A stretch of 54,654 nucleotides of DNA, counting the filler, from Dimargaris cristalligena (Eukaryota): assembly GCA_003614675.1 (NCBI GenBank). It is 2 parts of 2 records of this genome, joined end to end, with 100 filler letters (N's around TTAATTAATTAA, not from the genome) between each part and the next. Parts side by side here need not be neighbours in the genome. Positions count along the whole stretch, not along the records: positions 27,393 to 54,654 come from ML002521.1; 1 more part is not named here. One strand, 5' to 3'. Under the pieces are notes generated by a model. That model was given only the letters and a program-made list of their open reading frames with translations. It had not been told where the DNA came from and did no database searches. Positions 50,581 to 54,654 of the stretch are shown here, one piece after another. The position numbers and the translations under genes are program-made. Within the stretch, counting starts at the first letter, position 1. The number at the start of each line of letters is the position of its first letter.

Positions 50581-51993
50581 AGTGGACTTGGAAAGAACCT
50601 CAAGAAGAGAGTGGTGGGTGTTGGACGTTGGGTAGGAAGAGAAAGGGAATGATAATAGGACCTCGTGACCTTACTAATAGGGAGGCTGGTAAAGACGCTC
50701 TGGAGTAGACATAATAGGATAATAGGCGGGGAATAGGGCAGTGGGTTGAAAAAAATATCGGCGGCAGAAAGAGGGGGCTGGGAGGGGGAGCACTCTTATA
50801 TTTGGGCGAGATGCCGGGCGAATATCCGAGCATTTGATAGCCATTTTTTTTATTGTTCCCACAGACGGCAAACGGGTGTACTTGCTATATACTAAGGTTG
50901 GCCGCGGAGTAGCCACATGAAGCTAACTATTATTGTACCTCCAGACCAGCGAATCAATACCGTGCACCATTCCCTTGATGCTCAAGCGGCACCCTGTTCT
51001 ATTTTCATGTCAACTATGCCTTCCAAGAATATCGACGAGGAATGGGAGGGGTGTATACATTTTGCGCCTAGACCGGCCCTGTTCGTCGCCGAGATGTACT
51101 ATACTACCATTCGTTGGTGGTATGACGAAGGTGCAACAAACTAGCCGTGGTTCGAGACTGCGTTCACGAGGTTTTGATACAGCGGCCCTTGGAGGTCAAA
51201 AAGACGGGTTTGGCTCCCAACCAAGGTCCGCCAAATGGTAGGGTGCAGGCGGAAAGAGCTTTCGGCTCCAGCATCGGTCAGCCTAGGCCCTTTCTCTTTC
51301 TTTAGCGATGCCCTTGAGGGTAATTGGTTGACCATGTCAAGCTGCGGATGCCGAATCCACTTCAATTGGGCAGACTCGTTGGTGCGTGTGTTTTCGGGGG
51401 GTACCAACACAGCTCCCATTACCAGCCCAAAAGATGGACCATGCGTTATGAATTCCTGGTCTTGTTCGATGCCGGCGGCTTTTCAATCTGCCAATACAAT
51501 GAATATACAACCGTAATAATTTACGGTTCCTTCTCCCCCCTTTTTTTACGCCTCTTATTCTTTCCCTCCCGTCGGGAATTTGGCATCTCTCAGCGACAGC
51601 CTTCTGTTGCGGGATTTTTTATAGGGTGCTGTTGTTAATGGCCAGCCACTTAGTCTGACTGGAGTATCCACTGTACCCCCCCCACCCCGTAGCTTCCACT
51701 GACCACAAATGTAAAATTAATTGCAAGCCGTATTGCTCCAAGTTGGTTCGACAGTGTGGCTTTGAAGCATTAAGTGCCTTTGGTTGATATTTAATTCATT
51801 AATCAATAATCACTCTTCCCTGAAATCCATTGTTACTACACGCTCCCCACTTGCTTAATCATCGGTTAAATGGCCAGTTCCCTGCTATTAGGTGGAAACA
51901 AAAAAAACTGGTAGTACATAAACGGTTTATTGATATAGGAATAACTGCCGAAAAGGAATATCCCCGAAATATGACTTGACCGGAACTGCTTGG

Positions 51994-53650
51994 TTATGAC
52001 AAAACAGCCGACGAGTAGATCTCCAACCCGTCCTCCTGGTTATATTCTATTTCCTCTTCAATTGGGTGGGCGGCATTTTTGGCCAAAAACACCTAGTCTA
52101 CTTGAAATATTAGTTCATCGGTTTTTTCTTTAGACAGAAGGACGCTGGTGTCGTTGGCCAATTGCAAGGACTCCTTGGGTACGCGAATAGCTACCGTCGG
52201 CGACTCTCCCCCATTCGCGGATTTTTGAATGACAAACGAGTTTAGGAACCCCAGACCGTAGTGACATCTGGTCCTTGACGTATCCGAGTGTATACTAGGA
52301 CTGCTCCCCTTCTCTAGTTGGGCCACGGCATTGTCATAACCAAGTAGTTTGGCGCAATGAAACGGGAGGATTTGCAAGGTCTGGATAATTTCGAAGGCGA
52401 CCGGAACCAGACAGGTAACACTGAATTCCAGCACCATGACGGCCCAGAAGAGCTTGGTCGTCTGGAATTTAGCGGGTTCCTTTTCCTTGATTAATTGTTC
52501 TAATAGGGCTCGCAGGCTTTCCTAGTGACGCGCGCGGGCCTAAAAGACAATCAGAACGGGGGTAAGTAGCTTGTCGTACACGTTTTGCCCAATGCTATAG
52601 GAATGGGGAATAGGAGAACCGGTCTTGGTGAACAGGTGTTCAAATATCGTAGTATTCGGTTGAAAACGGGATGGCGGGTCCTTGAGTCTTACCTCACGAA
52701 AGGTCCTCCGGCGCCAATTGTAAATATCAGGATGCAGGCTCTCATTAAGGATATCGGTGAGAAAGGGGAAGGCCGCCTTCCGCTGTTCGGGGTCCAAGGC
52801 ATCGTAATTGACATAGGCTAGATCGGCTTCAATATACTTGTAATTCAGACTAGTAGGTATAACTGTGTATATATCAGTAGGGTGAGTTTCGTAAGCTAGC
52901 TGTACTACGGTCGAATCATATTCCAAAAGAATCAATGACTGGAGAAAAATTTTGGACTGCAAATAATAATTCACATGGCTACTAGCGGCCCCGTTCTAGG
53001 AATTGATGTATTATTGTTAATAGCGCGGTTAGTGGTAAAATGTTATAGGTGGGTGTTAGTATATCAGCCAACGGCTTAGAAAACACGATTGTATGTTAAG
53101 AATAGCTATGGAAGATTTTTCATATAATTGTTGAATAGTATGCCATTGGCATAGCGTCCGTTGATAACATAAGTACGGCTAGGCAATACATGGTGGGATG
53201 CTTGAGGGAGAAGGATATAATAAACAAAATATCAAAGCTGAACTTACATCAGTAGTCACTTTATCGGTGGCAGCATGTTGAATGGCGGAAAAAGTAAAGA
53301 CAAAATCCTCATCCTTTTCTTCCTTTTTCATTATATTCTTTGCCATCAATCTCGCTATCCACATAGTTAACTTCGTTAGCATCAGTGCCAGCATCGGCAC
53401 CACCTGAAGTTTTACGCAGTCTATTTATCGAGGTCTCGATGCAATAGGATCCCGGCGCTGTTGTCATTTCAGTCGTTCCATGGTCTGGGCCATCATTGGT
53501 AACTGTATTAGAGGGCATTTCTCCGACACCTTTGTCGGGACCTGAATTACCCCATTTCTCGCTGGCAAGCTGGCCAGGTTGGGGGCAACCTGCAATGTAA
53601 AGGGCCATGGTTAGGCCCAGGACTGAGACTGAAGCAATTAACGACTGCAT
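51994..53650 (-). pseudogene. Secreted protein B, paralog of A, disrupted by a frameshift and in-frame stops; exons ~53650-53248 and 52995-~51994
   Basis: Signal MQSLIASVSVLGLTMALYIAG-CPQP is homologous to that of A. There is an apparent +1 A in an A-run at ~53324-53328 and a GTAAGT donor at 53247. ORFs 52540-52974 and 52093-52437 are in the same frame, broken by TAG at 52542-40, 52524-22 and 52095-93. Confidence 0.7.
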
Positions 53651-54139
53651 GGTGGGCAGGTTAAAATTGAAAGGAGTAGAGGTCGGGTAAGTGGGAAAAA
53701 GGAACATATGGGTGGACCTAGTAGTCTACAGCAATGGTTGGCAAGGACACTCTGGGGTAGATAGAATGAGATACTTAAAGGTAAATAAGGTAACAAGGTA
53801 ACCTTTCTATCAGTAAAAGAAGGAGGGGACTTGGGGTCTTTTTATATTAGAACAAGATGCCTGTCACCCAGTTTAACAACTCTTAATCCATCAAGAGTCC
53901 TAAGGATAGGCTTCTAATGGTGGATGGGGCTCAGGCTTGGCTAAGCAGGTCACTAGCATTAGGTACAGATACAGTACTAACTAATAAAGGCTCAAATGCA
54001 GGTATAGGCAAGGGTATGCAGCAAGCACACTTACTAGTCAGCACAAGGGGAGTGAGCATATATGGGGTTTATTAGGGAAAACCAGGGGGGTAAGAATAAG
54101 CTAAAGAATCTAACCAGTCCTAATGGGGCCCAGTTATAT

Positions 54140-54171
54140 ATATGGGTGAAGTTCAACCCGGCTATATAGGG
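54140..54171 (+). mobile_element. Truncated left end of the MITE-like repeat
   Basis: atatGGGTGAAGTTCAACCCGGCTATATAGGG matches the first ~30 bp of the other copies. Confidence 0.6.
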
Positions 54172-54654
54172 TAAAATCAATATAGGTGGGTCATTATGTT
54201 CAGGTCACGTGACCTTTGGGGGATAGACATAACCTTCCCCCCCTATATTATCTACCCATCCATCACTACCAATATAAGCTAAGGAGATTTAGCCTATATT
54301 GCGATGGGGAGGGGGCACACCCAGAAAGGGCAGGGGCAGTGCTGATACTCAATTGAGTACCAGCATAGTTGGTGGGGTTATATTTACACTTATAATTATA
54401 CTAACCCCATAATACAATTATAAGACCTGTCCTTTTAAACTTTGCCCTGTTTGTTTTAACCAGCTCTTTAGCCAGCTGTTTTAAATAAAAAGAAAGGGTA
54501 CTAAAAAGTGCCACTAATTGGCAAAAAGGGAATGCCAATTGGAAAATAAGAGCCAGAGGCTTCTAAATTCGAATAGGAGTAGCCAACTGGCAAATGGGGG
54601 ATGGAGATTCCCTTTTTAGTATGGTGAATGTAGTAAAAGGGAATGGGGCCCTGA

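Noticed and set aside
52093-52542. TAG stop-codon reassignment or readthrough (three in-frame TAGs, and no intact gene here ends in TAG)
   Set aside because: None of the conserved genes contains an internal TAG, the same locus also has a frameshift and a CpG-decayed promoter, and about a dozen stops is too small a sample. A pseudogene is simpler.
1-54654. tRNA, rRNA, CRISPR arrays or an autonomous transposase/RT
   Set aside because: No cloverleaf, rRNA-like tract, regularly spaced direct repeats or TE protein motifs were recognised by eye; tRNAscan-SE and Infernal were not run.

Overview
Eukaryotic, intron-containing fungal DNA with GT-AG introns, (TA)CTAAC branch points and TATA boxes. The gene content and style suggest an early-diverging fungus, possibly Zoopagomycota (inference only). 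The window is two contigs joined by an artificial N44-TTAATTAATTAA-N44 linker (27293-27392). The left contig carries a small secreted-peptide ORF, TVP38, Sts1/Cut8, a 4-exon Kex1-like carboxypeptidase and three tandem paralogous 8-Cys, Ser/Thr-rich, GPI-type surface proteins. The right contig carries a head-to-head pair of a DUF1365 protein fused to a degenerate CFA-synthase-like module and an intact 5-exon cyclopropane-fatty-acyl (CFA) synthase-family methyltransferase. It also carries a Skp1 with a large insertion, a degenerate DUF1771-Smr protein and two paralogous secreted-protein loci, one possibly a cationic-peptide precursor and one a pseudogene. A ~145-bp MITE-like element is dispersed through the window and there are two strongly CpG-depleted tracts. 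The best candidate for an undescribed system is the DUF1365/CFA-methyltransferase pair, which resembles the bacterial methylated/furan fatty-acid locus. All exon models were built by hand from splice signals and frame continuity; no database searches were run.
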